The notes: generated by a model from the letters alone, not told the origin. A stretch of 64,000 nt of DNA from a virus (IMGVR_UViG_3300027838_000002:1-64000); one strand, 5' to 3'. Counted from the first letter of the stretch, positions 1 through 10,110 are shown. Made by a program: numbers and translations.

Positions 1-84
1 GGGCTCATCAACGGGTTCGTCAACGGGCTCATCAACGGGTTCGTCAACGGGTTCGTCAACGGGTTCGTCAACGGGTTCGTCAAC
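1..84. repeat. 12-bp tandem repeat GGG(T/C)TC(G/A)TCAAC x7, coding VDEP on minus strand
   Basis: read directly; variation only at synonymous positions. Confidence 0.9.
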
Positions 85-234
85 GATCCCGCCATTGGTC
101 CATTCCCAGCCACAGCCAGGTTGAAGAATACGGCGAGGCTTTTTGGCCTCTTCCACCGCCGCCGCTGCCTGCCGCTCACGTTCTTCAGCGTGAGCATTTT
201 GAGACGCGCTCAGGTTACTGTCGTTATGTGCCAT
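1..234 (-). CDS. hypothetical protein with VDEP tetrapeptide repeats (runs off window start)
   Basis: ATG at 234 with AAGGA SD; MAHNDSNLSASQ...GGI-VDEP-VDEP...; frame open to base 1; not in ORF track. Confidence 0.7.
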   Translation of the reverse strand, partial: MAHNDSNLSASQNAHAEERERQAAAAVEEAKKPRRILQPGCGWEWTNGGIVDEPVDEPVDEPVDEPVDEPVDEPVDEP

Positions 235-307
235 CAGTCGAATCCTTTCGTGTATGTGGAACAATACGTAGCTTATCAATTTTCATGGGTGGCGGCACCC
301 CGAAAGA

Positions 308-1348
308 TCAGTCTAGAACAAAAGGCCATATGTGTTCAAAGCTTTCTGAGCGACGTTTAGTACCTGCAGCAGTGTTGTTTGCCATTTCATGAATCTCTTC
401 CCGGTCTGACAGGAGTGCCAGCAGGCTCTCCTCGGTGCGTACCAGGTCGGGAATGAAGCTGGGGATGGCCTTGGCGTTCAATATTATGCGACCAGGAATA
501 CGGCGGCAACGAGCAGGCGCCAGTATTTCGCTGATAATTGGAGCGCCGTACCCTATGACCGGCGTACCCATTGCCAGGGAGATCAAGCCTGGCAGTCCGT
601 ACGACTCAATCGTGGATAGCCATATGGTCAAATCATGTTGACCGTATATGAGCCAACGCTTCTCCTCTCCGGGGTCGGTGATCCGTGTAACACGTCCCGG
701 CAACGCGCGCACCATCTTCCGTATCTGCTTGCTTACCTTACCACGCAGCTTGGAAGGGGATACCAGTAACGTCAGATCAACCCACTTACAGGTACGCAAT
801 ACCTTGGTTAAGACCTGAATAGTCTCAGGACGGATACGTGACGGCTGCGAATCATGTAATGGTAACAGGGCCTTTATACGTTCCTGCGGCTGATAATCAC
901 TAGGTTTTTGTGTTTGAGGTAGCCCGACATCCCAGGGTACAGCGAGTGACTGTATGAATCCCGCGGCAAAAAAGTACTCACCAGCCAGCATGGATGGCGC
1001 AACGATAGCGGTACACAGGTAAAACACCTCGGAGAACGCGTCTGACAGCTCATCCCAGGAGGCAACAACAACTGCTGGTACCTGCTTGTAATGCGCCCAT
1101 GTTATTTCATCCATAGAAGGTTCGTGAGTCCACACCACGGAGGTCAACGGCAACGACCACTGGGGGAACGCGCCACGACGGACATGCTGAACCCGCGTAT
1201 CCCAGTATGCGTTGATGGGACTGTTGCTAGGTTGCTCGTAGGTAAACATGGACACCGTGCCGCCGTGCGCCAGTACCCACTCAGCAATGCGGATGGCGGC
1301 AAGAGTGGCTTCGTGCTGCTTATACCGCGTAATGATACCTACGTGCAT
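308..1348 (-). CDS. GT-B fold glycosyltransferase (GT4-like)
   Basis: C-terminal ESYGLPGLISLAMGTPVI matches the E-x-FG-x7-A-x-G-x-PVI motif. Confidence 0.75.
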   Translation of the reverse strand: MHVGIITRYKQHEATLAAIRIAEWVLAHGGTVSMFTYEQPSNSPINAYWDTRVQHVRRGAFPQWSLPLTSVVWTHEPSMDEITWAHYKQVPAVVVASWDELSDAFSEVFYLCTAIVAPSMLAGEYFFAAGFIQSLAVPWDVGLPQTQKPSDYQPQERIKALLPLHDSQPSRIRPETIQVLTKVLRTCKWVDLTLLVSPSKLRGKVSKQIRKMVRALPGRVTRITDPGEEKRWLIYGQHDLTIWLSTIESYGLPGLISLAMGTPVIGYGAPIISEILAPARCRRIPGRIILNAKAIPSFIPDLVRTEESLLALLSDREEIHEMANNTAAGTKRRSESFEHIWPFVLD

Positions 1349-1354
1349 ATCGAA

Positions 1355-2044
1355 CTAAATATACGTTAATGGCTCTAGGTCCTGGAGGGGCGGCGGCTCC
1401 CACTCACACACGCGCTGCGAAGCTGGGTAGTTATCGTCGTGATACTCCTTGGTGTTCCTGTTGAACAGGAACGGATCGATGGCAGCGCCTACATCAATAA
1501 CCGTCTGCGGGTCGTCGGCCTTCGTCCAGTACTCATAAACCAGTATTGATGACAACGGCCCGGCAGCCACGAATATAGGTTTTTCCGATTCCCGCATCTT
1601 CTTGAGTACATTGCGGTAGTCCCAGCCAAGCTCAATATCCTTAGGTATCTGTATGTCAGCGTTTTCAGAAGGCGCAACCAACGTCAAGTAGTGCATGACC
1701 GGGAAGTACTTTATCTTGAAACGCTCGTAGTTTCCGTCCGCCAGCACATTGCTGTAAGTCATCCTCGACTCGGGCGTACTGGAAACTGACTTGAGCTTCA
1801 CGTGTAACTCACGGTTACAACATGAGCACGGAATACCCAGATGGTATCCGGGTACGTCCGCTTCTATGGCGCGCCGCAGGGTTCGCACCGAGTTCTTTGC
1901 AGAACGGCTCCCGAAATACACCGCAAGCTCGTGAGGACCTATCCTGGCAAATGCAAAATTAGCCGCGAACGGGTCGATCAAAAGGAAATCGTCCACAAAG
2001 CTGTGTGTCATGCACAGGTCGGTCATGCGGCCGGTATCTTTCAC
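1355..2044 (-). CDS. GT-D fold (DUF1792-like) glycosyltransferase-related protein
   Basis: FAFARIGPHE resembles FARFGDGE; VAAGPLSSIL and VIDVGAAIDP motifs. Confidence 0.6.
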   Translation of the reverse strand: MKDTGRMTDLCMTHSFVDDFLLIDPFAANFAFARIGPHELAVYFGSRSAKNSVRTLRRAIEADVPGYHLGIPCSCCNRELHVKLKSVSSTPESRMTYSNVLADGNYERFKIKYFPVMHYLTLVAPSENADIQIPKDIELGWDYRNVLKKMRESEKPIFVAAGPLSSILVYEYWTKADDPQTVIDVGAAIDPFLFNRNTKEYHDDNYPASQRVCEWEPPPLQDLEPLTYI

Positions 2045-2046
2045 AA

Positions 2047-3939
2047 CTACATCTGGCCATATTGCTGCGAAAGCATCTGCTGCTGCCCCATACTGCGCGC
2101 TTGTTGACGAATCTCATCCATAGCACTGGTCACAAGGCTATGCATGGTGGGATCAACTCTCTTGAGAGTGATAAGCTCAGACCGCCGCTGCGATGATGGT
2201 AGTGACATCATCTGTTGCGCGAGGGTCTGCGCCTGTCCCACCATTTCCTCCGGAGTAGTCGGCTTGTTCATCTGGGTAGGCTGCGCGGTCGCAAACTGCT
2301 GCGCTGCCGCGCCCTCGGGACCAGCAGGAGGCGCGCCCGGAGGGGCTCCGCCAGCAGCTGGAGGTGCGCCAGGAGGCATCATACCCGGAGCGCCGCCCAT
2401 CATGCCGCCAGCAGGAGGCACTCCACCTGCAATCTCGTCCATCGCCGCAGCCTGCTGCATCTGCTCCTGCATGGTGGCAGTTTCCTCGGCGATGAACATC
2501 TCCTCTTCGAGCTTCCGCCTCTGCTCTTCCTCGAAATCGAGCCCAACAGATTTGAGGCCGGTGGTCTGGCTGACCTGTTGACCCATCATCAACTGCAGCT
2601 TGGCCATCTGGCGGTTAAGATCATCAGCGTGAGTCACGCGGGCCAGGTTCACTTTGACCGGCTCCCATGACATCAGTTCAGCAACCTTGTCCACGATGTC
2701 CTGTAGGAACCTGTTCAAGTTATGCACCAGGTGGGTCCAGCTGGACTCAAACAGGCGCAGCGCCGCGGGAGCTGCCTGGACTGACAGTGATCCTTTATAC
2801 AACTCAACGGGAATACCTACTGATGTCAGCAGGGTATCCATACCCTGCTCCATCAACGCCTGCGGTGCGAGTTGTGTAGCATCGCCACCCAGCGCCTGGT
2901 ACTCCACCGGGAACGGCAGCGTGTGCCACCCCGCGGGATCTTTCCTGCGCTGCTTGAGCATCGAACGCACACGCGCGCCGAAACCACCCATATCCACGTT
3001 GAGCGCAGGATCACTAAACTCACCCGCGGCACCAGGTCGCGCGGCGGGAGTGATCAACCGAAACGGGATCACGTAATCCAGTGCAATGGCTTCGTTGTAC
3101 CTGTGTAATACCTGGACATACCACGCCTGGCGGAAGTTGGACAGCACCCGGCTGATACCCCATCCGCGATTACGCACACCGGAGAGTGCGTTCTCCTTCA
3201 TGTGGTAGACAATGTCGTTGTCGAAGCGGAGGTCCTGCTGGTTCTTGACAGCCTCAATGATTTCCCAGTTTGCTCGTTCAAGGTGATACAGGTTGCCATC
3301 AGTAATCAACCGACGGTATTCAGCCGGGATCTTCCAGATATAGCTCGCATCATCAGTGAGTGGATCCCAAAGGATTTCCATATCATGCGCACTCCACCGC
3401 CGTACACGGAGATCTTCCTCCTCGGTGGACCGTCGATCATTGTGCCTCCACTCACCGGTGTACTTGCACTTGGGACAATGCGCATTAAAAGCGAAACCCG
3501 ACCACTTGAATTGGAATGCAGGCTCGTTGAATATCTTGCGCAGCGGGAACTCAATCTTGCACTTGGGGCAAAACAGGTAGCGCCGGATGGGCACAAGCAT
3601 ACTGGTGAACGAGTTACCGTAGCACAGGTAGTCCATGCCTACCGTGTGCAACAAGTTCTTAACTCCCAGCGTGTCATCCAAAAATGACTTGAACTTGTCC
3701 TTCTCATCCTTATCGTCCCCGCGTATCTCTATCTCCGTGATGAAATACGAAACGATCCTGTCGCAAGCCTGGCGATACATACCGTTGGCCATGAAGATAT
3801 ATTCACACCAACGGAGAGCATCACCCATGCTATCCGGCATGTAGAGCGAAGAAACGTCACAGAAGGGGTCGGGAAACCCCTCCGATCCGCGTCCGTTCGG
3901 ACTGGACATGTTAGAAAAGGATGAGAGGCCGTCCGCCAT
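2047..3939 (-). CDS. putative portal protein with Zn-finger insertion
   Basis: 630 aa; DYLCYGNSF and VYHMK..SGVRNRGWGIS resemble portal motifs; two CPKC; Q/P/G-rich tail. Confidence 0.55.
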   Translation of the reverse strand: MADGLSSFSNMSSPNGRGSEGFPDPFCDVSSLYMPDSMGDALRWCEYIFMANGMYRQACDRIVSYFITEIEIRGDDKDEKDKFKSFLDDTLGVKNLLHTVGMDYLCYGNSFTSMLVPIRRYLFCPKCKIEFPLRKIFNEPAFQFKWSGFAFNAHCPKCKYTGEWRHNDRRSTEEEDLRVRRWSAHDMEILWDPLTDDASYIWKIPAEYRRLITDGNLYHLERANWEIIEAVKNQQDLRFDNDIVYHMKENALSGVRNRGWGISRVLSNFRQAWYVQVLHRYNEAIALDYVIPFRLITPAARPGAAGEFSDPALNVDMGGFGARVRSMLKQRRKDPAGWHTLPFPVEYQALGGDATQLAPQALMEQGMDTLLTSVGIPVELYKGSLSVQAAPAALRLFESSWTHLVHNLNRFLQDIVDKVAELMSWEPVKVNLARVTHADDLNRQMAKLQLMMGQQVSQTTGLKSVGLDFEEEQRRKLEEEMFIAEETATMQEQMQQAAAMDEIAGGVPPAGGMMGGAPGMMPPGAPPAAGGAPPGAPPAGPEGAAAQQFATAQPTQMNKPTTPEEMVGQAQTLAQQMMSLPSSQRRSELITLKRVDPTMHSLVTSAMDEIRQQARSMGQQQMLSQQYGQM

Positions 3940-3969
3940 TGCTTTACAATCCCTTGATTAAGAGTGGCG

Positions 3970-4209
3970 CTATTGCAATCCGGACTTGACCGCATCGGAG
4001 GCGCGTTTTGTCACGTGGTCTTCAAGCTCGACAATGCCCTCTTCGGTAGTATCCGCGGCAGCGGTCTTCGAAGCGACGCATGGATACATCATGTCGTTCG
4101 CGAGATTTCCAGTGACCTCATGAGGATAAACGATTTTTTCTCCTTCATCGTCGTATTCCTCTTGCGGCGTAAGCTCCGGGCGAATTTCTCCTTGCTTCTC
4201 CATCATCAC
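3970..4209 (-). CDS. hypothetical protein
   Basis: operon-spaced ORF with SD. Confidence 0.6.
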   Translation of the reverse strand: MMMEKQGEIRPELTPQEEYDDEGEKIVYPHEVTGNLANDMMYPCVASKTAAADTTEEGIVELEDHVTKRASDAVKSGLQ

Positions 4210-4218
4210 AAGTACTCC

Positions 4219-4761
4219 TTACTCGTCTTCGATTTCGATTTCCTGCTCAACTAGCATAACGCAGTATTCACGGGAACCATCCATGAACTCTATGCCCGTC
4301 GTGTGCCCCATCAGCGCTGTATTGCTGTTACCAACACGGATTCCGACAGGGTGTTCCGTAGCTCTGGGAAAGAAACGCTGGCCTCCGGGAATAGCCATAT
4401 CATACACGAGTATAAGATTGCTGCCATTCCGAATCACAGCATGGTAAGGCGCACGGTGCTCCCCAAAGCCCTCAATTTCAAAAATAACCCACACGGGATC
4501 AGGCACTGGCTCAGTTTTAGCCGGTGACGGCCGCGGCTCCGACGTAACAGGTTCGGCTACTGCGGTACTCACTTCCTCCGGTGTGTGACCTGCAGTAACT
4601 GCGTCATACACAGCAAACGCATGCGTTTCACGTGTCTCGCTCAATTCTGTCTTAACACTCAGGTCTCCGCCCTCCAGTGTAACAGCACTGTTACCGTCCA
4701 TATCCGGATCTAGCACCAACTTGGTGTTTTCCGGATGAAAACCCGTCGTCGCTTCTTCCAT
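4219..4761 (-). CDS. hypothetical protein
   Basis: GGAGG SD, 180 aa acidic. Confidence 0.7.
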   Translation of the reverse strand: MEEATTGFHPENTKLVLDPDMDGNSAVTLEGGDLSVKTELSETRETHAFAVYDAVTAGHTPEEVSTAVAEPVTSEPRPSPAKTEPVPDPVWVIFEIEGFGEHRAPYHAVIRNGSNLILVYDMAIPGGQRFFPRATEHPVGIRVGNSNTALMGHTTGIEFMDGSREYCVMLVEQEIEIEDE

Positions 4762-4831
4762 TTAACTCCCTCCGGTTTGGCACAGTCTAGTGTACACCAG
4801 GAAGTTTGCAGTTCCTAGTTCCGCTGATAGC

Positions 4832-4876
4832 TAAAAAAAAAGAACCAGCCCCGGCCCCGAAGGGCCGAGAGCTGGT
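4832..4876 (-). terminator. intrinsic terminator
   Basis: ACCAGCTCTCGGCCC-TTCG-GGGCCGGGGCTGGT followed by TC and T9 on minus strand. Confidence 0.8.
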
Positions 4877-4909
4877 GTAGGTTCGTCCGCCTACTAATTA
4901 CCCGGCAGG

Positions 4910-5266
4910 CTACCTGAGTCCGCGCAGATCGCACGGTTCCCAATGAACCAGTGTGTGCACCTCCGACCTAGGCCGATAGGTGTGCGACCGGCAACAGGGA
5001 AAGAGAACGCGGTGCAGCAGCGAGTGCGTGCCGTGCACGACTCCGCCAACCACACCAACAGCGCCCTCGGCCACATCAGCGGTCAAGTCAACCGCCTTGT
5101 GACTGACGCATCTCAGGTCAAGAACGGGGATCCGCAGACGACCAGCTTTGATGGTCGTGATGCAGGTCCGCTTATTCTTCTTGACCTTGATAATGCACTT
5201 GTCACAGGCATCCGCCTGTGCGCACATCACCGAGATCACCATCGCTGCAAAGATCCCAAACTTCAT
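4910..5266 (-). CDS. hypothetical secreted protein
   Basis: signal-peptide-like N-terminus MKFGIFAAMVISVMCAQADA. Confidence 0.55.
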   Translation of the reverse strand: MKFGIFAAMVISVMCAQADACDKCIIKVKKNKRTCITTIKAGRLRIPVLDLRCVSHKAVDLTADVAEGAVGVVGGVVHGTHSLLHRVLFPCCRSHTYRPRSEVHTLVHWEPCDLRGLR

Positions 5267-5514
5267 TTCGCATCCCTCTCAAAATCCTCCACGGATATAC
5301 CCTGGTCCACGCGGGCCAGGGTTTTCCGCGGAATTCGGAACCACAGTTTGCTGTCCTCCTTGTCACCGATTGCCGCCATATCACGCATGGCGGCCTGGGT
5401 GAGGGGGACAATGACCTTGAGAGCATCACCAGCTGCGGCGACAAGCACAAGGCACATCACCGACCCCGTTGGCCACTCAGGAATGAGTGCGGGGGCGGTG
5501 TCGTAATTGAACAA
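5263..5514 (-). CDS. hypothetical protein
   Basis: ATGA overlap with next gene. Confidence 0.55.
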   Translation of the reverse strand: MFNYDTAPALIPEWPTGSVMCLVLVAAAGDALKVIVPLTQAAMRDMAAIGDKEDSKLWFRIPRKTLARVDQGISVEDFERDAK

Positions 5515-5537
5515 CCACCCGAGTGGTTGGTCCAGAG

Positions 5538-7037
5538 TCAGCTCGACGCGGTCGGTGTCGATGTCAGTCCCCCGAAGAGCCCTGCGGGATTCTTCTTGGC
5601 CGCGTCCTGCAGGTTCTCGGACACGGTCCGATTAGCCTGCTCACCCCGCACCCTCGCGACCGAGACGTTGCGGAACGGCAAGCGACTCGGAGGAACCGAG
5701 TGGAGGTCGAGACTGGTCTTCCCCGACGGGTCCGTGAAGAGCAAAGACGTCGGGTTGGCCTCCATCATCGCGAAGGCCTGGATCGGCATCCTGCCTCCGG
5801 GGAGCAGCAGCTCGCTGAAGTCCGTGAGAAGACGGAGTTCCTTCCGGTCCTTCTCAATGGACATTGCGGCCATTAGGTCGGAGTCGATCGACCAGGTAGT
5901 CGGCTTCAGCAACTCGGAGTTCACCAGCCGGACGTCAATCCACCTGATCGTCTCCGGCCAGTACTCCGAGCCCTTCTTGATGCCGAACTCCTTGCCGCCC
6001 TGCCAGGCCCGTGCCCAGGCAGCGTCAAGAACGAAATCTACCTCCTCCGCCGTCAGCTCATCCGCGATCTGTTTCCAGGTCGCGTACTGGCCTTGGGGGA
6101 CGACCACATTTGCTTCGTTAGAAGCATCAATGTAGTCAATCGTGCCCGAGGCAGGTGCCCTGACTTCAGCAGCACCCGGGAAGGAGCTGGCATAACCGAT
6201 GAGCTGCCCCGCCTCAAGGACGGTGCCGACATCGAAGGGGATGTCCTCCGCGTGCCGCTTCAAAAGTTCGAACCCGGGCGGAAGTACGAACTCCTCCTCG
6301 ACGACCGAGAAGCCGGGAGCCATGTTAACCAAGGCCTGCGGCACGTCGTGATCGCAGGTTTTGCCTGCAAGCCGGACGCGGATGCCGCCCTCGACCTCAT
6401 CCGACCAGCCCACGTCGTACAGGCTGTGTCGGTTCAGCAGCTGGGTTGCGTAATTACCCAGTTGCTTGAAGTCCGCCAAGTCGGTCACCGGGAGGTCCGG
6501 TAACAGGGTTGGACCACCGATCTCGGAGAGCCCGGCCTTCTTCTCCCCGTCCGCCCGCTCGAACCCGAGCAGGACGACAGGGAGCTTGGGCGCAGCATCG
6601 AGGACGCGCTTCTTGCGAACAGCGTCCCCGATCTCCTTGTCCATCGCGATCGCGGTCACCATGGCGCTGGTGTTGCCAAGCGCCATGTGAAAGTGCTCAC
6701 CCTTCGCCGTCGCGATGAGTGAAGCGTCCTTGTTGACCGGAGTCAACGAGTTAGGACCTCCCCAGGTGAAACGGCCCTGGCGGCTCAACCCACCCTTGTG
6801 GATGTTGAAAGCCATCCCCAGTCGTGACCCTTCAGCCTTCCCAGACGCCGCGCCGTCCTTAGGGAAGAGATCGTGGAAGAGGGACATCCACGAATAGTCG
6901 GTGGTCCGCGGGCACGGCCACGGAGTGTTTGTGACGTGCGACGCGTTGGGCCGCACTGGGACCACCGCCGCTAGGAGAAATTCCCCCGGAGCGCGGTCCC
7001 GTGTCATCATGTTCTTGTGCTGCTGTTGGAGCTTCAT
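5538..7037 (-). CDS. hypothetical protein containing a barrel-sandwich-hybrid-like motif
   Basis: long ORF; GTVLEAGQLIG...EVRAPASGTI; start moved to ATG with GAGG SD. Confidence 0.6.
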   Translation of the reverse strand: MKLQQQHKNMMTRDRAPGEFLLAAVVPVRPNASHVTNTPWPCPRTTDYSWMSLFHDLFPKDGAASGKAEGSRLGMAFNIHKGGLSRQGRFTWGGPNSLTPVNKDASLIATAKGEHFHMALGNTSAMVTAIAMDKEIGDAVRKKRVLDAAPKLPVVLLGFERADGEKKAGLSEIGGPTLLPDLPVTDLADFKQLGNYATQLLNRHSLYDVGWSDEVEGGIRVRLAGKTCDHDVPQALVNMAPGFSVVEEEFVLPPGFELLKRHAEDIPFDVGTVLEAGQLIGYASSFPGAAEVRAPASGTIDYIDASNEANVVVPQGQYATWKQIADELTAEEVDFVLDAAWARAWQGGKEFGIKKGSEYWPETIRWIDVRLVNSELLKPTTWSIDSDLMAAMSIEKDRKELRLLTDFSELLLPGGRMPIQAFAMMEANPTSLLFTDPSGKTSLDLHSVPPSRLPFRNVSVARVRGEQANRTVSENLQDAAKKNPAGLFGGLTSTPTASS

Positions 7038-7302
7038 CTCTCGTACCTCTCTTCTTCGTAAAAGACTTCTCGTGGCCGCACCATACGGCCATCCATCTAT
7101 GCCCTCAGCAGCTGTATTAGTCATCAGAACTAGGGCATGTTCTGAGACCATCAACCCGCCAGCGAGCGGGGTAGTTTGCATAAGAGCCCACACGGAACGG
7201 TTTCCGCGCGGGCTCGCAGGATCATCGGCGCGAAGACGCTCGCGTAAACGCATACGCAAGCTAGGGAGCCTCAAGGAATTATGACCGGTTTTCGGCCGCT
7301 AT

Positions 7303-7686
7303 TTAGGCTTCCGCTGGGTACTCATCTTCTTCGGCCGGTGCGTCCTCTTCCTCAGCAGCTTTCTCTGTCGAGTCGTAGCCAACACCAATCATCGGAAGCC
7401 GCGCGTCGCCCAGGTATCCCCCGCTGTCCAGCTCCAGTGCCTCCGGAACTACTTCCTCGAACAGTGGGTGATACTCCTCATCAATCTTGAGGTAACGCGG
7501 GCTGCCCTTCGTGGTGAAGAGACGCCGACCCTGAAAAATGCTGACGGTGACAGATTGGTGGCTAAGTGCAACGAGTCGTGACACCAGCTCTGCCACGTCG
7601 TCGTAAGTCTCGACCACGACCTCCCCGGTGTCGGGAACCACGGTGAGATGGTACTGATCTTGCTGTTGTGTGTCCTGCTCCGACAT
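7303..7686 (-). CDS. hypothetical acidic protein
   Basis: MSEQDT start after GGGAG SD. Confidence 0.6.
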   Translation of the reverse strand: MSEQDTQQQDQYHLTVVPDTGEVVVETYDDVAELVSRLVALSHQSVTVSIFQGRRLFTTKGSPRYLKIDEEYHPLFEEVVPEALELDSGGYLGDARLPMIGVGYDSTEKAAEEEDAPAEEDEYPAEA

Positions 7687-7688
7687 GA

Positions 7689-7949
7689 CTATCTCCCGGA
7701 GTTGTAATACATAATCACGAAAGCGATAACGATACACTTCACCGTCATCCCCTCATCACACCAAAGTTGACTGATACCAGGCGCAGAGATGTTATCAATC
7801 ACTGCTCCCGTATCGGCGATCCAGCGATTAACCTGGTCATCGACAGAGTCAGTACTACTCATGTGCTCCCACGAATCAGGCTCCGCCCCCGGCGCCCGTT
7901 TCATGTAGCGAATCTCTTGGAACGTTTTGGTGTGGACCGTGGCAATCAT
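7689..7949 (-). CDS. hypothetical protein
   Basis: ATGA-coupled ORF. Confidence 0.6.
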   Translation of the reverse strand: MIATVHTKTFQEIRYMKRAPGAEPDSWEHMSSTDSVDDQVNRWIADTGAVIDNISAPGISQLWCDEGMTVKCIVIAFVIMYYNSGR

Positions 7950-8206
7950 GTGACTTCACTCTTTCTGATCGAGTCGAACTTCGTCTGCACCCGCCGCTCC
8001 TTGGTTGCCCAGCAGCTCGGCTTGCCGGTCTTCCCGCTCACCTGCAAGACGGCGCGCTGCTCAGCTCCACCATCACCGAGTACCTGCACATACCCGAATG
8101 GCTGGTTGCCCGCTATCTTCGTGAAAAAGGGGATGACTAACAACTCACGTGTGGCTGCGTCGTAGGTGATCTTCGCGTCTGCTGGTAGCTGTAGCTTGAT
8201 TTTCAC
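7946..8206 (-). CDS. hypothetical protein
   Basis: GTGA-coupled ORF. Confidence 0.6.
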   Translation of the reverse strand: MKIKLQLPADAKITYDAATRELLVIPFFTKIAGNQPFGYVQVLGDGGAEQRAVLQVSGKTGKPSCWATKERRVQTKFDSIRKSEVT

Positions 8207-8910
8207 GAGTGTCTCCCGTTTCGCTTGGGGTCGATCACGTCATATGGACGTGGGTGATCACCGAAGATGGCGTCTGCAAACGATACCGCCTCGGGGTTAG
8301 GGGGGCGTATGACAAGCCTGGGCGCTGACGGCTTCTTATCAGCACCACCTATATCTGAATCCGTGACCTTGATGAACTGCTTGTTTCCGTCGAGGCCGAA
8401 CAGGGCCACGCGCAACGTGGGCCATGCATCCATGGCCGTGTGCTGCTCAACTGAAATCCAGTCAACAATTTTTACCGGCTTGTAGTACGCCTTGTGGAAC
8501 TTCTGGTTGGCCAGGTCCAGGATGCCGGACTCGATGAGCATGCGCGAAATACCCAGCCAATGATCAGTTGGCACCGCCAGTAACGAATGATCCCAGTGCT
8601 GGGAATCCTTCTTACCGTTGGATACGCCCCTGAACACGGGCTTGGGCGTCACGAGTAACTGCACCTCGCACTTGTTCTCAACACAGTACTCCTGGGCCGG
8701 ATCAACCCGCATTTCTCCGTAGGTGAAAAGCGCCCCGTGATTGAAGAAAACGTATTCGTTGGCCAGATCATTCAAGGTAGCTGTGGCGGGCAGCGACAGT
8801 GCCTTGAACGGCCTACTATCTCCATCAACGGAGTCGGCGTCCTGCCGACCTTCCCTGTAGGGAACACGGGGTTTGTCATCGTCCATGACGTCTCCAAAAA
8901 AATACCGCAC
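8203..8910 (-). CDS. hypothetical protein directly downstream of TIGR-like array 1
   Basis: 235-aa ORF; the true start may be ATG 8886. Confidence 0.65.
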   Translation of the reverse strand: MRYFFGDVMDDDKPRVPYREGRQDADSVDGDSRPFKALSLPATATLNDLANEYVFFNHGALFTYGEMRVDPAQEYCVENKCEVQLLVTPKPVFRGVSNGKKDSQHWDHSLLAVPTDHWLGISRMLIESGILDLANQKFHKAYYKPVKIVDWISVEQHTAMDAWPTLRVALFGLDGNKQFIKVTDSDIGGADKKPSAPRLVIRPPNPEAVSFADAIFGDHPRPYDVIDPKRNGRHS

Positions 8911-9240
8911 GCCGTAGGTTTGTTACTAGCGATTAATATGGTTGCACGCTCAACAAGTGGAACTCGCTCAGACGCTGGTTGCACGCCAATGACATGATAC
9001 TCTCCGTGACTCTGGTTACACACGATACTCGTGGTACTCGCGCGTTGGATGGTTGCACGCCATCGGCTTGTTACTATCGCGAATGATGGTTGCACGCAAT
9101 GATCCTGGTACTCGCAACGACGCAGGTTGCACGCTCCTGTGTTGGTACTCTCCGCTGCCCTGGTTACACGCTTACCTCTTGGTACTCGCAGTCATGATGG
9201 TTGCACGCTCCGCTTTTGGTACGCTCGCGACCCGTGGTTA
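8907..9240 (-). ncRNA. TIGR-like dual-repeat guide array 1 (9 x 37-nt units)
   Basis: + strand alternation TGGTTGCACGC-N8-TGGTACTCGC-N8, exact 37-nt period, variable spacers. Confidence 0.9.
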
Positions 9241-9247
9241 TTGATTC

Positions 9248-9925
9248 CTACGCAGTCACCAGTGACCTCACGAGGCCAGAGGCTTCAGCAACGTGCTTCG
9301 CCCTGAGAGCGTCGTAGTGGGCGGCCGGTACGCCCCTATCGTGATCAACGTAATCGGTTGCGTCGAAGCTGAACTTGAAAAACGTGTCAGCACGAATGGG
9401 ATCGAAACCAGGCACCCCGCTACCCAGCACCTCGTAAGGATCAACGCAAAATGCGCTGCGACCATACCACAACCTGGGCGGAATGTCGTTCGGGCGAAGG
9501 GCGCCGACCGCCAACGCCTCCATGGCAGCCATCTTGAGCGCATCCTTAACGACTTTCCCGACCAGCTGCGCTGGCTCATCGTTGTACAGCAGTTGCGGCC
9601 AAGTAAGCTCGAAGGGGCCGGTGTGATCCGGAAACTTGAACATGTTGATCAGGAAATCCGTAAACATGGTTCCTGTATCCATATCCTGCTCACCGTCGTT
9701 GTGCTGCAACAATACGTCACCAGCTGGCGATAGCATGCAGATCGAGGATAGCTTTCCGTAGAACGGCGAGAAGCGAGCATCAGCTTCCTGCTTCTCCTTC
9801 TTCGCAGCCACTGCGGCGGCAATCTTAGCGGGGTCCTTGTAATTGGAAGGAGCCTCGGGCTCCGGCAGCAGGTCTGTGCGATACGCATCGCTCGTCCAAC
9901 CAATATAAAAGCTGTTCATCATCAC
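9248..9925 (-). CDS. PolB-type 3'-5' exonuclease-like protein, probably inactive
   Basis: PEAPSNYKDPAKI..FSPFYGKLSSIC resembles phage RNaseH-like exonucleases, but no DxE at ExoI (IGWTSD). Confidence 0.45.
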   Translation of the reverse strand: MMMNSFYIGWTSDAYRTDLLPEPEAPSNYKDPAKIAAAVAAKKEKQEADARFSPFYGKLSSICMLSPAGDVLLQHNDGEQDMDTGTMFTDFLINMFKFPDHTGPFELTWPQLLYNDEPAQLVGKVVKDALKMAAMEALAVGALRPNDIPPRLWYGRSAFCVDPYEVLGSGVPGFDPIRADTFFKFSFDATDYVDHDRGVPAAHYDALRAKHVAEASGLVRSLVTA

Positions 9926-10110
9926 TCCTTGTTCAACTCTTCTGCGATCTCGCGATCGACCTCTAAAGAACCATCCACGTAACTTGCTTCGTGTGGTAAC
10001 GGAAAATCGTCTGCTTCGACTTTGGTCACAGCCTCGTCCAGGTTATCCGCCTCAACCTCGACGATTCCGTACACTTCCCAGGAACAGGGAATTTCGTAGC
10101 TCCTACTCAT
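9922..10110 (-). CDS. hypothetical protein
   Basis: MSRSYEIPCSWEVYGIVEVEADNLDEAV, common small phage protein pattern. Confidence 0.65.
   Translation of the reverse strand: MSRSYEIPCSWEVYGIVEVEADNLDEAVTKVEADDFPLPHEASYVDGSLEVDREIAEELNKE

Noticed and set aside
1-84. 12-bp tandem repeat as a non-coding array
   Set aside because: In-frame VDEP coding repeat with synonymous variation.
1388-1400. Possible self-target: GGGCGGCGGCTCC matches the first 13 nt of a reconstructed array-2 target
   Set aside because: The remaining 5 nt mismatch, and a GC-rich 13-mer is compatible with chance given ~42 guides. An exhaustive search was not possible by eye.
5218-6135. 305-aa + strand ORF (also 28432..29358 and 40991..41683)
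   Set aside because: Antisense shadows of well-supported minus-strand genes; Ser/Arg-rich with no motifs.
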